A stretch of DNA of 64,000 nucleotides from an uncultured Candidatus Saccharibacteria bacterium. GTDB lineage: Bacteria > Patescibacteriota > UBA1384 > XYA2-FULL-43-10 > 1-14-0-10-43-13. The notes beneath the pieces are model-generated. The model was given only the letters and a program-made list of their open reading frames with translations, was not told the origin of the DNA and made no database searches. How positions within the stretch are numbered: the first letter of the stretch is position 1; the number at the start of each line of letters is the position of its first letter. Made by a program: the position numbers and the translations under genes. This document shows positions 1 to 9,534 of this stretch, piece after piece. The stretch is taken from the NCBI GenBank assembly GCA_964406145.1, contig CAYOQP010000004.1:1924-65923 (forward strand), in the 5' to 3' direction.

Positions 1-97
1 CAAAATAATGCTTCAAGTCTTGTGCTCGAATAATCATAAGGTTTTCCGTTGCTTCTATCTCGGAAAAATATTTCAAGTAATCTTTTTTAACAAACAT
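1..97 (-). CDS. hypothetical protein, partial (start ATG at 97-95, continues past window edge)
   Basis: An AGGAGG RBS at 102-107 (minus strand) overlaps the stop of the upstream ORF and is followed by ATG. The visible translation starts MFVKKDYLKYFSEIEATENLMIIRAQDLKHYF. Confidence 0.3.
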   Translation of the reverse strand, partial: MFVKKDYLKYFSEIEATENLMIIRAQDLKHYF

Positions 98-105
98 AAT
101 TCCTC

Positions 106-318
106 CTAGGCCATTTCGTTTAGTTTTTGCAATATTTCTACATGTTTCTTTGAGTCAACCACTAATCTTGCGAGGCTTTCCTTAATATATTTCTCTTCTT
201 CGTCGGTGAACGGCGACCAGAAAAGAGAATCTTGAAGATGGCGCTCATAGATCGGTATCGCCATCTCTTCAACGACGATCGAATCACTGATCGTGCTTTT
301 GACGTTTTCTTTATCCAT
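106..318 (-). CDS. hypothetical small protein (70 aa), translationally coupled to the downstream partial ORF
   Basis: Six-frame ORF with no recognisable motif. Its stop overlaps the RBS of the next minus-strand ORF. Confidence 0.35.
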   Translation of the reverse strand: MDKENVKSTISDSIVVEEMAIPIYERHLQDSLFWSPFTDEEEKYIKESLARLVVDSKKHVEILQKLNEMA

Positions 319-455
319 TTTTTTCTCCTCTTAAAGATGCTAATTTGTTGTTACGATTATATAATACCACGTCAGAAAAATATAATGACAACACATTTGT
401 AGATTTTCGCAATATTATATATAATTTTATTAAAATAAAATTAACAAAGACGAAA

Positions 456-890
456 ATGCCAACAACAAAAAATGGGTTTACTCTAATAGAAATTATTATC
501 GCTGTCCTGATCATCACGACTATTTTTCTGGTGGCTCTTTTCCTTATCAACCCCAAAAGACAATCATCTGAAGGCAAGGACGCTCAGAGAAAAAATGATG
601 TTAGCACTATTCTTAACGCTGTCTATCGCTATCATTCAGACAACAGTAGTGTTTTTCCAGCGTCTATCACAACTTCTAATACTGAGATTTGTGATATTGG
701 CAAGGATTGTTCTGGTCTGGCGGACTTGTCAGCACTTACTGTCAAAGAAAAATATCTCGTTTCCATGCCAAAAGATCCAAGTTGCACTTCGCAAAATGGT
801 ACATGTTACATGATATCCAAGGACAGCAGTGGCCGTCTTACTGTTTCGGCGCCAAATGCCGAAAAGACCAAAATAACTGCCACTAAATAA
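456..890 (+). CDS. type IV pilin / pseudopilin with class III (prepilin) signal
   Basis: MPTTKNG|FTLIEIIIAVLII: the canonical G-F-T-L-I-E prepilin peptidase site with Glu+5 and a hydrophobic N-terminal helix. The C-terminal part has four Cys. I chose the ATG at 456 over the 345 start offered by the ORF track. Confidence 0.75.
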   Translation: MPTTKNGFTLIEIIIAVLIITTIFLVALFLINPKRQSSEGKDAQRKNDVSTILNAVYRYHSDNSSVFPASITTSNTEICDIGKDCSGLADLSALTVKEKYLVSMPKDPSCTSQNGTCYMISKDSSGRLTVSAPNAEKTKITATK

Positions 891-902
891 TTTTCAAATA
901 CT

Positions 903-2729
903 TTATTGAGCTTTAGATTTTCGAGCCTTGAGTCTCAGAGTTGGATCAAGGATCTTTTTGCGAAGTCGCAAATTTTTTGGTGTCACTTCGAGTAACTCAT
1001 CGTCTTCAAGGAAGTCGATACACTGCTCAAGTGACAAAATAGTCGGGGGAGTAAGGACCGTAATAGCGTCAGCGCTAGCCGCACGCATATTGGTTAATTG
1101 CTTTTCTTTATTGACGTTGATTTCAAGATCATCTTCGCGTTGGTTTAGGCCAACGATCATGCCAGCATAGACTTCGGTCTGTGGATGAATAAAGGTGGTA
1201 CCGCGTTGCTGAGCAATATTGAGGCCATAAGCTACCGCTTTGCCACTAGAAAAGGCGATTAAGACACCATTTCGAAGCTTTGGGATGATCCCGCCAGCTT
1301 TTTCATAGCGCAAAAACATTGTATTCATGATCGCAGTACCCTTTGATGCTGTCATTAAGACGTTGCGAAGTCCAAGTGTGCCACGAGTGGTGATCTCAAA
1401 GACAAGGCGGGTTGTACCATCACTATTTTCTTCCTGATGCATGAGGATACCACGTCTCTTGTTGAGCTCGCCAATGATATTGCTAGCAAATTCCGAGGCA
1501 ACGTCTATCGTGACTTCTTCGACTGGCTCACAAGTCTCATTGTCAATTACTCTGGTGATGACTTTTGGCTTGCCGACTTGAAGTTCGAAGCCTTCTCGAC
1601 GAAGAGTTTCGATGAAGACTGAAAGGTGGAGCTCACCGCGACCAGAGAGAATAAATTCGCCATTTTCGTCAGTTGCAATTCTCATCGAGACGTTTGTCTC
1701 GAGCTCTTTGATAATTCGGTCATGAAGATGACGAGCGGTGACAAATTTGCCTTCGCGTCCAGCAAAAGGTGAAGTGTTGGCATAAATTGAGATGCTCAAA
1801 GTTGGCTCTTCGATAGCGATAGACGGCAAAGCAGTCGGATCTTTCGGATCACAGACAGTGTCTCCGATGGAAGCATTCTTAAGTCCGGCAATCGAAACGA
1901 TATCCCCAGAAGTTGCTTCTTTGACCTCGATTTTCTTTAAGCCTTCAGTTATATAGATTTTTTCAATTTTGCCAGTGTCTCTTGTGCCTTCCTGATTGGC
2001 AAGGACGATTGGCATACCAGCGGTGGCACGGCCACTCTTGATCTTGCCTATTGAGTATTTACCCATGAAATTATCCCAGTCAAGAGCAGAGATCAGCATT
2101 TTGAAAGGCTTATCGTTTTCCTGGATAGGCGCAGGAACATATTTAATGATTGAGTCCAGTATCGGAGTTAGGTCGGCAGGAGCGGTTTCATCTTCTGGAA
2201 AAGCATCCCAAGCCTTGCCTTCGCGGCCGATGGCATAATAAATCGGAAATTCGAGTTGAGAATCTTCCTGAGCAAGCTCTAAGAAAAGGTCGTAAGTTTT
2301 ATCAATTGTTTTTGGAACATCAGCATTAACTTTGTCAATCTTGTTGATAACGACAATTAATTTAAGTCCTAAGGCAAAAGCTTTTTTAAGCACAAACTTA
2401 GTCTGAGGCATTGGGCCTTCTTGTGCATCAATCAAAAGGATGGCACCGTCGGCCATAGATAGAGTTCGTTCGACTTCGCCACCAAAATCAGCGTGGCCAG
2501 GAGTGTCGATAATGTTAATCTTGACGTCTTTGTAGTGAACAGCGGTATTTTTGGCCAGAATAGTAATACCACGTTCTTTTTCCTGATCGTTTGAGTCCAT
2601 GATTAGGTCCTGAGACATGGCGGCCTCATTTTCTCTAAAAGTTTTTGACTGCTTCAAGAGTCCATCGACTAGAGTTGTCTTGCCGTGGTCAACGTGAGCG
2701 ATGATTGCAACGTTTCGTATTTCCATCAT
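903..2729 (-). CDS. typA: translational GTPase TypA/BipA
   Basis: N-terminus [17 protein letters not shown]-domain motifs ([12 protein letters not shown]), 608 aa with EF-G-like domain II/V sequence. Confidence 0.9.
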   Translation of the reverse strand: MMEIRNVAIIAHVDHGKTTLVDGLLKQSKTFRENEAAMSQDLIMDSNDQEKERGITILAKNTAVHYKDVKINIIDTPGHADFGGEVERTLSMADGAILLIDAQEGPMPQTKFVLKKAFALGLKLIVVINKIDKVNADVPKTIDKTYDLFLELAQEDSQLEFPIYYAIGREGKAWDAFPEDETAPADLTPILDSIIKYVPAPIQENDKPFKMLISALDWDNFMGKYSIGKIKSGRATAGMPIVLANQEGTRDTGKIEKIYITEGLKKIEVKEATSGDIVSIAGLKNASIGDTVCDPKDPTALPSIAIEEPTLSISIYANTSPFAGREGKFVTARHLHDRIIKELETNVSMRIATDENGEFILSGRGELHLSVFIETLRREGFELQVGKPKVITRVIDNETCEPVEEVTIDVASEFASNIIGELNKRRGILMHQEENSDGTTRLVFEITTRGTLGLRNVLMTASKGTAIMNTMFLRYEKAGGIIPKLRNGVLIAFSSGKAVAYGLNIAQQRGTTFIHPQTEVYAGMIVGLNQREDDLEINVNKEKQLTNMRAASADAITVLTPPTILSLEQCIDFLEDDELLEVTPKNLRLRKKILDPTLRLKARKSKAQ

Positions 2730-2740
2730 TTCCTTAAAAA

Positions 2741-4012
2741 TTAATATTGATGTCCGGTTTTTGCCTCGACAAATGTATAGGCAATACCAGTTTTGTCGCC
2801 ACGGCCTGTTCGACCGATTCGATGAATGTAATCGTCGTAGGTCTGAGGTATGGTGTAATTAATAACGTGAGTAATATCTTTAATATCAAGTCCGCGAGCG
2901 GCAACATCGGTAGCAACCAAAATATTAACAGTATTTGTTTTAAATGCTGTCAGGGCTCGCAGTCTCTGATTTTGCTTTTTGTCGCCATGGATTGATTCGG
3001 CGCGGAAGCCTTCAGAAATAAGATTATCGGTTAACTTCTCCACTTCTCTTTTTGTTTCAGAAAAGACCAAAACTTTTTTAAGTTCCGGCTGTGACAAAAG
3101 TTCCTGCAATTGATTAAATTTGATTGCTTTATCTCGGACACGAATGATATCCTGATTGACGTTACAAGCGGCCTGGCCGGAATTTATCTCAATAGTGATT
3201 GGATCCTTCTGAAATCGGAGAACTAAGTCTCTGATTTTGTCTGGCATAGTCGCTGAGAAGAAAAGAGTTTGTCTGACTTCCTGTACTTCGCTCATAATCT
3301 GTTTGATATCGTCGACAAATCCCATATCAAGCATACGGTCGACTTCGTCTACGACAATATTGTTAAACATGCCAAAATTAAGTACTTTTCGCTCAGCGAG
3401 ATCTTTCAATCGTCCTGGAGTACCGATAACAAAGTTAGGATTTCTTTCGAAATTGTGAATTTGTTTATAAATTGGAGCGCCACCAACACAAGCAGCTGAG
3501 AATATTTTCATATTCCAAGAAAATTGTCTGAGCTCGTTGTCAATCTGAAGTGCCAGTTCTCTGGTCGGAGCAATGATCAGAACTTTCTGTGATCTGTCGG
3601 CAAAAACTTTATTGATCAATGGCAAAAGAAACGCACCTGTCTTACCTGTGCCAGTACTGGCAAGACCAATAAGATCTCGACCCCCTATAATGTGATTTAT
3701 TGCCTGGTCTTGGATTGGCGTAGGGATGGAATACTTTTTAAATCTTAAATTCGTTTTGATTTCATCACATAGAGAAAAATCATCAAACGTGTTCTTGGTC
3801 TGATATTCGGGCTTTTTCTCGATTGTGCCAGAATTTTGAATGAATTTGGAGACGTCGATTGACTCTCCGCGTCTTCGTTTCGAAGACGAATTAGAAGAGA
3901 ACCTGCTTTTGTTGCCAAAGCGAGAAGAGGATCTATTTGCACTAAATCCGCGATCATTAGATCTGTTTTTCGAACCAAATTGTCTACTCGAACCACTGTT
4001 GTGAAACGGCAT
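2741..4012 (-). CDS. DEAD-box ATP-dependent RNA helicase with N-terminal S/R/N-rich low-complexity tail
   Basis: Q-motif, GKT Walker A (ASTGTGKTGAF), DEVD (DEAD-like) box, SAT and HRIGRTGR motifs. The first ~80 aa are S/R/G/N-rich. Confidence 0.9.
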   Translation of the reverse strand: MPFHNSGSSRQFGSKNRSNDRGFSANRSSSRFGNKSRFSSNSSSKRRRGESIDVSKFIQNSGTIEKKPEYQTKNTFDDFSLCDEIKTNLRFKKYSIPTPIQDQAINHIIGGRDLIGLASTGTGKTGAFLLPLINKVFADRSQKVLIIAPTRELALQIDNELRQFSWNMKIFSAACVGGAPIYKQIHNFERNPNFVIGTPGRLKDLAERKVLNFGMFNNIVVDEVDRMLDMGFVDDIKQIMSEVQEVRQTLFFSATMPDKIRDLVLRFQKDPITIEINSGQAACNVNQDIIRVRDKAIKFNQLQELLSQPELKKVLVFSETKREVEKLTDNLISEGFRAESIHGDKKQNQRLRALTAFKTNTVNILVATDVAARGLDIKDITHVINYTIPQTYDDYIHRIGRTGRGDKTGIAYTFVEAKTGHQY

Positions 4013-4309
4013 GATTGTTTTCCAATTGCCAAAATTTGCAAAGCAAAAAGCGGCAAAATAATTAATAAATTTCGAATTGCTGTATAGAACATCGAAATTA
4101 CTAACTACTTTTCGGAAATCTATAGAACAATTAAACGATGGATATATAATAACACAATTTAAAATTTAATGCAATAGCTATGTGTCCGCATGGAATTGAA
4201 TTGTGGTTTGGATTGTAATAGTATTTGAGTGCATAGAAATGGCTGAAAATAAAAGTGCTTTAAGTATATATTTTTGATAAAATATATTAAGGATTTATAA
4301 AAAAATAAG

Positions 4310-5320
4310 ATGGAGGAAGATATGGATCAGTTCGAACAAACAACTAGCGAAAAAAAGGCCGCAAAATCTAAATTATTCATGTGGATTGGTATTCTTCTGG
4401 TCGTTCTGGTCGTTGCCGGCGGAACTTATTGGTTTTTGGTAAAAAATGATTCCGTTACAGAAGAGAATGCCAATGATCAAGTTGCTGATGCCGAAGAAGA
4501 AGCGGCCAAAGCAAAAGATCCAAGCCAATACAACTGGTCGACGATGGATCAAGGACCCTATAAGGATAGTATTGGTTATGCTATGGGCGCAAATCCGACA
4601 ACGTGGTTTGACTCTAAGATCATTTTAGCTGAGCATGCTAGTGTTCCTGATGCGATTCTGAAAAATGGCGTAATTCATGTATATTTTGTCGATGTTTCCG
4701 AAGATGGCAAACCTGAACAAATTGGTCACATCCAGTCTTCTGATAATGGTAAGACTTGGAGCAAAAAGACGATCTTAACTATCTCTGGTTTAGGAGATAA
4801 GGTTGCAGTAGATCCAAACCCATATTTATTGCCAGACGGAAAGATCAGGCTTTATTATTTTGATATTAGTAAAACCCGCACAGAAGGAACGGAAAACAAC
4901 TCAATTTACTCTGCGATTTCAGCCGATGGTATCAATTTTACAGAGGAAGAGGGTGTTCGTTTCAAATATAAGGGCATTTATGATCCTAGCGTTATTAAAG
5001 TCGGTGACGCTTGGAGATTATATGTCGGCACAGATGAAAACAATGTGCTTTCGGCCACCTCGGCTGATGGTTTGAACTTTGTTTATGAAGGGGTTGCCCT
5101 GTCTGGCGGGTCAATTCCTAAGGTGATTTATACGGATGACCTTTATTATCTCTATACTGGAGGTATTCAGATTTCAACGTCTAGCGACGGTAAGATTTTT
5201 AAAAAGACTATGGATCGATTTGATATTGGTGGACTTACGGCTGATCCTGGCGTGATCAAGCTTGCCGACGGCACTTACTTCATGGTTTATAAAACTAAGA
5301 TTGATAAGGCACAGCCTTAA
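4310..5320 (+). CDS. membrane-anchored BNR/Asp-box repeat protein (sialidase / glycoside-hydrolase-like beta-propeller)
   Basis: N-terminal TM helix (LFMWIGILLVVLVVAGG). The Asp-box S-x-D-x-G-x-T-W occurs once cleanly (SSDNGKTW at 4736-4759) and three more times in degenerate form (SADGINF, SADGLNF, SSDGKIF). Confidence 0.5.
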   Translation: MEEDMDQFEQTTSEKKAAKSKLFMWIGILLVVLVVAGGTYWFLVKNDSVTEENANDQVADAEEEAAKAKDPSQYNWSTMDQGPYKDSIGYAMGANPTTWFDSKIILAEHASVPDAILKNGVIHVYFVDVSEDGKPEQIGHIQSSDNGKTWSKKTILTISGLGDKVAVDPNPYLLPDGKIRLYYFDISKTRTEGTENNSIYSAISADGINFTEEEGVRFKYKGIYDPSVIKVGDAWRLYVGTDENNVLSATSADGLNFVYEGVALSGGSIPKVIYTDDLYYLYTGGIQISTSSDGKIFKKTMDRFDIGGLTADPGVIKLADGTYFMVYKTKIDKAQP

Positions 5321-5327
5321 GGACAAT

Positions 5328-5633
5328 ATGGAAAAAATAAAAAAAATTGGTCTTCTAAACGCACTCGGAGTTTTGATTTATATTTCTCTCGTTGCCATTT
5401 TAATAGATAATGGCGAAAAAATCTTTGGCCAGGTTAATGATTATGTCGGTCCAATAGCGTTTCTACTTCTTTTTACAATTTCGGCTGCTGCTGTTGGCGG
5501 ATTAGTCCTTGGACAGCCAATAATTCTTTATTTCGAAGAAAAGAAGAAAGAGGCGATTCAACTATTTTTCGCGATCATGGGTTGGCTTGTTCTCTTTATG
5601 GCTATTGCGCTAATTACAGCTACTCTGCTATAA
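5328..5633 (+). CDS. small membrane protein (3 predicted TM)
   Basis: ATG at 5328 follows the stop of the upstream gene. The ORF-track start at 5262 overlaps the previous CDS. Hydrophobic segments only. Confidence 0.4.
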   Translation: MEKIKKIGLLNALGVLIYISLVAILIDNGEKIFGQVNDYVGPIAFLLLFTISAAAVGGLVLGQPIILYFEEKKKEAIQLFFAIMGWLVLFMAIALITATLL

Positions 5634-5669
5634 CTATTGCTCCAAGTTTAAGAAATTAATAAAGAAATT

Positions 5670-6356
5670 GTGAAGAATTTTAAATATCTCGATATTATCA
5701 CTGTGTTTTTCGTTGTCGTTCTTTTGGTGTCCAATGTGGCATCAACAAAAATTGCCAAAGTTGGCTTTATGGAGCTTGATGGTGGAACCATTCTATTTCC
5801 ATTAAGCTACATTTTCAATGACGTGCTTACCGAAGTTTATGGCTATTCGCGATCTAGGAAAGTAATATGGTTGGGATTCTTCAGTGCGATTTTGATGGTT
5901 GGCGTATTTAGTCTTGTTGGTGTTTTACCTTCGGCTAATGGTTGGGACAATCAGGATGCGTATCAAAAGATTCTTGGACAGACTCCGCGCATAGTTCTGG
6001 CTAGCTTGGTGGCATATTTTTTTGGGGAATTTACCAATTCATTTATTCTGGCCAAGATGAAAGTTGCTACGAAGGGCAAATGGCTTTGGACAAGAACCAT
6101 AACCTCGACGATATTCGGAGAGCTAATCGATAGTATTTTATTTATTCTTATTGCATTTAGCGGCGTCTTACCCATCAGTCTTATTGTGAGCTTAATAGTT
6201 TTTAACTATGTGTTTAAGACCATTATCGAAGTTATTCTTACTCCGGCGACATATGCAATTGTTAATTTCTTGAAGAAAAAAGAGTCAGAAGATTTTTTTG
6301 ACAATAAAACAAATTTTAATCCTTTTATAATCTCGACTAGTAATAATAAAAAATAA
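5670..6356 (+). CDS. yhhQ: queuosine-precursor transporter, YhhQ/DUF165 (VUT) family
   Basis: Multi-TM protein. The segments ...ILFPLSYIFNDVLTEVYGY... and ...TSTIFGELIDSILFILIAFSG... parallel the conserved blocks of E. coli YhhQ as I recall them. Confidence 0.6.
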   Translation: MKNFKYLDIITVFFVVVLLVSNVASTKIAKVGFMELDGGTILFPLSYIFNDVLTEVYGYSRSRKVIWLGFFSAILMVGVFSLVGVLPSANGWDNQDAYQKILGQTPRIVLASLVAYFFGEFTNSFILAKMKVATKGKWLWTRTITSTIFGELIDSILFILIAFSGVLPISLIVSLIVFNYVFKTIIEVILTPATYAIVNFLKKKESEDFFDNKTNFNPFIISTSNNKK

Positions 6357-6368
6357 TCTCAATAAATT

Positions 6369-6998
6369 ATGAACAAAAAAACGCTCATTTTGGATTTTGA
6401 CGGTGTAATTGCTGATTCATTTGACTATTGTCTCAAAATCAACCAAACCGTTGTCGGTGATATTACTGCCGATGAATATAAAAATATGTTCCTTGGTAAT
6501 TTTTATGAGGCACACAGAAAAAGGGTCCCCGAGTCAGAATCAATAGAGAACAAGAAAAGATATTGGAAGATTTTTCTTAGTGGTATTGATCAAATTCATT
6601 TAGTTGGTGGTATTGCTGAAATTTTAAATACTTTGTCTAATGATTTTAGACTGGTAATTATTTCCTCGGCGACTTCTGATGTGGTAAAGGCTATCTTGAA
6701 CAGAGAGGGTATTTCCGGATACATTACAAAAATCTTTGGTGCAGATGTTAGCGAGAGTAAGTTTCTCAAATTTAAAATGTTTTTTAATGAATATTGTGTT
6801 CAATCATCCGATTGTCTTTTCGTTACTGATACTCTTGGTGATCTTTTGGAAGCCGAAAAGGCTGGTGTTAAAAGTCTTGCTGTTAGTTGGGGCTTTCATG
6901 ATGTAAAAACATTAGAGAGGGGAAATCCGCTAAAAATTGTTGACAGCCCAAAAGATTTACTTAGGGAAATAGAACAATATTATTTGCAATCCAATTGA
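6369..6998 (+). CDS. HAD-superfamily hydrolase (phosphatase-like)
   Basis: Motif I DFDGVIADS at the N-terminus and a C-terminal TDTLGDLLEAEKAG (motif III/IV). Confidence 0.7.
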   Translation: MNKKTLILDFDGVIADSFDYCLKINQTVVGDITADEYKNMFLGNFYEAHRKRVPESESIENKKRYWKIFLSGIDQIHLVGGIAEILNTLSNDFRLVIISSATSDVVKAILNREGISGYITKIFGADVSESKFLKFKMFFNEYCVQSSDCLFVTDTLGDLLEAEKAGVKSLAVSWGFHDVKTLERGNPLKIVDSPKDLLREIEQYYLQSN

Positions 6999-7031
6999 AA
7001 AAAAGCATCAATAAGACTATCATTATTAATA

Positions 7032-8447
7032 ATGAAACGATCTGAACTTTTCTTTACATTTATATTGCTTCCGATTGATATCGCCATGTTCGTTTTTTCT
7101 TTTATATTGGCGTATTATTTTCGTTCTCATCTAGAAGCTCCTTTTTCAACCGATGCAAGCCTGAACACTTACATCGCTTACTCTCTTTTTCTAATTCCGG
7201 TTCTTGTTCTCTTCTTCTCGCTAAACGGTCTTTATAATAGAAGAAATTATACGGGTTACTGGTCGGAGTTTTATAAGGTAGCTGTTTCGGTTTCTACGAC
7301 AATTTTAATTTTAATTGTTGCAATATTTTTATCAAAGTCTCTTTTCTTTTCTCGTTTGATCCTTGTTTTCACTTGGGCGCTTGCCTTGTTTATGGTTTCT
7401 TTTGGTAGGGCGATGCTCAGAGTTATTGAACGATATTTTCTGCGTTACGGTATCGGGGTTAGAAATATTTTATTAGTTGGCAATAATGAAGTCTCAGAAA
7501 AAATAGCTTCAGAGCTGAAAAAACAAATCAATTCGAGCTATAGATTGATTGGTGTTGTAACAACTGAAAACGAAGCTGTATCGAACCTGAAAGTTTTAGG
7601 CGATATTGACAATATTTCGATGTTGCTCAAAAAACACAATATTGATGAAGTAGTGTTGACTGATAATGGCATCTCGAGCAAAAAGCTGATGTCTTTGATT
7701 CAGACCTGCGAAGACGGTAAGATTGATTTTAAATATGCTCCAGATTTGTTCGGTATCTTGATCAGTAGTTTTCGCCCAAGCCTAGTTGGTTCGACTTTTG
7801 TTATGGAATTAAGACGAATTCCCCTGGACGGTTGGGGCAGAATACTCAAGAGAGTTGTTGATATTGTTCTTGCTTCAATTTTATTGTTAATTTTTTCTCC
7901 AGTTATGTTGATTATTGCTATAGTAATCAAGATTACCTCTTCGGGGCCAGTATTCTATCGTCACGAGAGAATTGGTCGAGACGAAAAGAAATTCGTTTTT
8001 TATAAATTCAGATCAATGTACTGGGATAAATGTGATTTTGATGGTGGCACCAAGTGGACAACAAAAGAAGATGAAAAAACTCGAATTACACCGGTTGGTT
8101 TGATAATCAGAAAAACCAATCTTGATGAGTTGCCTCAATTTTGGAATATTTTGATTGGGGACATGAGCTTCGTTGGTCCAAGACCAGAGCAGCCTAAACT
8201 TGTTGAGAAATTCGAAAAAGAGATCCCGGAGTACTTTCGTCGCCATAGAGTAAAATCTGGTCTGACGGGGTGGGCTCAGGTTAATGGATTAAAAGGGGAC
8301 ACTTCTGTTAAAGAAAGAGTTCGATATGACATTTATTATATTGAGAACTGGTCCTTGTGGTTTGATTTTAAGATAATATTAAAGACGATAGGGCTCACTA
8401 TCCATGAAACGCTCCGTGGAAAATCTGAATATCGCACTCGTACATGA
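7032..8447 (+). CDS. polyprenyl-phosphate sugar phosphotransferase (WbaP/WcaJ-like bacterial sugar transferase)
   Basis: Four to five N-terminal TM helices, a central CoA-binding-like region, and the C-terminal catalytic block KFRSM...DELPQFWNILIGDMSFVGPRPE of the bacterial sugar transferase family. Confidence 0.85.
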   Translation: MKRSELFFTFILLPIDIAMFVFSFILAYYFRSHLEAPFSTDASLNTYIAYSLFLIPVLVLFFSLNGLYNRRNYTGYWSEFYKVAVSVSTTILILIVAIFLSKSLFFSRLILVFTWALALFMVSFGRAMLRVIERYFLRYGIGVRNILLVGNNEVSEKIASELKKQINSSYRLIGVVTTENEAVSNLKVLGDIDNISMLLKKHNIDEVVLTDNGISSKKLMSLIQTCEDGKIDFKYAPDLFGILISSFRPSLVGSTFVMELRRIPLDGWGRILKRVVDIVLASILLLIFSPVMLIIAIVIKITSSGPVFYRHERIGRDEKKFVFYKFRSMYWDKCDFDGGTKWTTKEDEKTRITPVGLIIRKTNLDELPQFWNILIGDMSFVGPRPEQPKLVEKFEKEIPEYFRRHRVKSGLTGWAQVNGLKGDTSVKERVRYDIYYIENWSLWFDFKIILKTIGLTIHETLRGKSEYRTRT

Positions 8448-9504
8448 GTGGATTACCAATGTTGCAGGCGCGGAAAAAGTTCTTCTTGCGTTAAAAGAGC
8501 TTTTTCCCAAAGCTCCGATATATACGGCTGTTTATGATAAGAATAAGGCTAAACCCTTTGAGGATTTTGAGATTCATACTTCTTTTTTGCAAAATATTCC
8601 CTTCATGAAAAGCAAGCGCGAGTTGTTAGTTCCTTTTACTCCATTTGCTTTTGAACAATTCGATCTGTCTAAGTATGATCTTGCCATATCAAGCACTACT
8701 ATTGCTGCCAAAGGTGTAATTACCAAGCCAGAAACACTTCATATCTCATATTGTCATACCCCGCCACGTTATCTCTGGGATCCTCAGGTCGATCCAAGAG
8801 CGAAAAAGGGCAGATTGTCATGGTTGCGCAATAAAACAATGCATGACATGCGTATTTGGGATAGGGTCGCAGCCGATCGAGTTGATCATTATCTGGCGAA
8901 TTCACACTATATTGCCAAAAGAATTAAAAAATTTTACGGCAAAGATTCGACAGTAATATATCCTCCTGTTGATTTGGAAAGTTTTAAACTGAATAAAAAT
9001 GTCACCAGAAAAGATCATTTTCTATTCGTCTCTCGTTTAATAGACTATAAAAAGTGTGATCTCGTAATTGAAGCCTTTAATTCTCTTCAAATTCCGCTTA
9101 GAATAGTTGGCTATGGGCCGGATGAAGCCAGACTAATTAAATTAGGCAAAGATAATATTACTTTTGCCGGGCCAAAGTTTGGCGCTGATTTAGCCAAGGA
9201 ATATCAAGAGGCTAAGGCATTAGTTTTTGCCGCAGAAGAAGATTTTGGTATCGTCCCAATTGAAGCAATGGCCTGCGGGTGTCCGGTTATTGCCTATGGT
9301 AAGGGCGGTACTACGGAATCGGTTATTGATGGAAAAACAGGCATATTCTTTAAAGAACAAACAAAAGATTCCGTTATTAGTGCTGTCAAAAAGTTTGACG
9401 AAATAAAGTTTGACGAAAAATCTATTCGTGAGCAATCAGAGCGTTTTTCTAAAGAAAAATTCAAGTCCTCCTTTATGAAAGAAGTCGAAAAGTATATTTC
9501 TTAA
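8404..9504 (+). CDS. glycosyltransferase family 4 (GT-B)
   Basis: N-terminus IALVHEWITNVAGAEKV and the C-terminal E-x7-E-like block EDFGIVPIEAMACGCPVIAYGKGG. It overlaps the upstream transferase gene by 44 nt. Confidence 0.85.
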   Translation: MKRSVENLNIALVHEWITNVAGAEKVLLALKELFPKAPIYTAVYDKNKAKPFEDFEIHTSFLQNIPFMKSKRELLVPFTPFAFEQFDLSKYDLAISSTTIAAKGVITKPETLHISYCHTPPRYLWDPQVDPRAKKGRLSWLRNKTMHDMRIWDRVAADRVDHYLANSHYIAKRIKKFYGKDSTVIYPPVDLESFKLNKNVTRKDHFLFVSRLIDYKKCDLVIEAFNSLQIPLRIVGYGPDEARLIKLGKDNITFAGPKFGADLAKEYQEAKALVFAAEEDFGIVPIEAMACGCPVIAYGKGGTTESVIDGKTGIFFKEQTKDSVISAVKKFDEIKFDEKSIREQSERFSKEKFKSSFMKEVEKYIS

Positions 9505-9534
9505 AATTAAAAATAATATTTAAAAAAGGAGAAA

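Noticed and set aside
345-455. Upstream extension of the pilin ORF (ORF track start at 345)
   Set aside because: The prepilin leader MPTTKNG|FTLIE must be N-terminal. I chose the ATG at 456.
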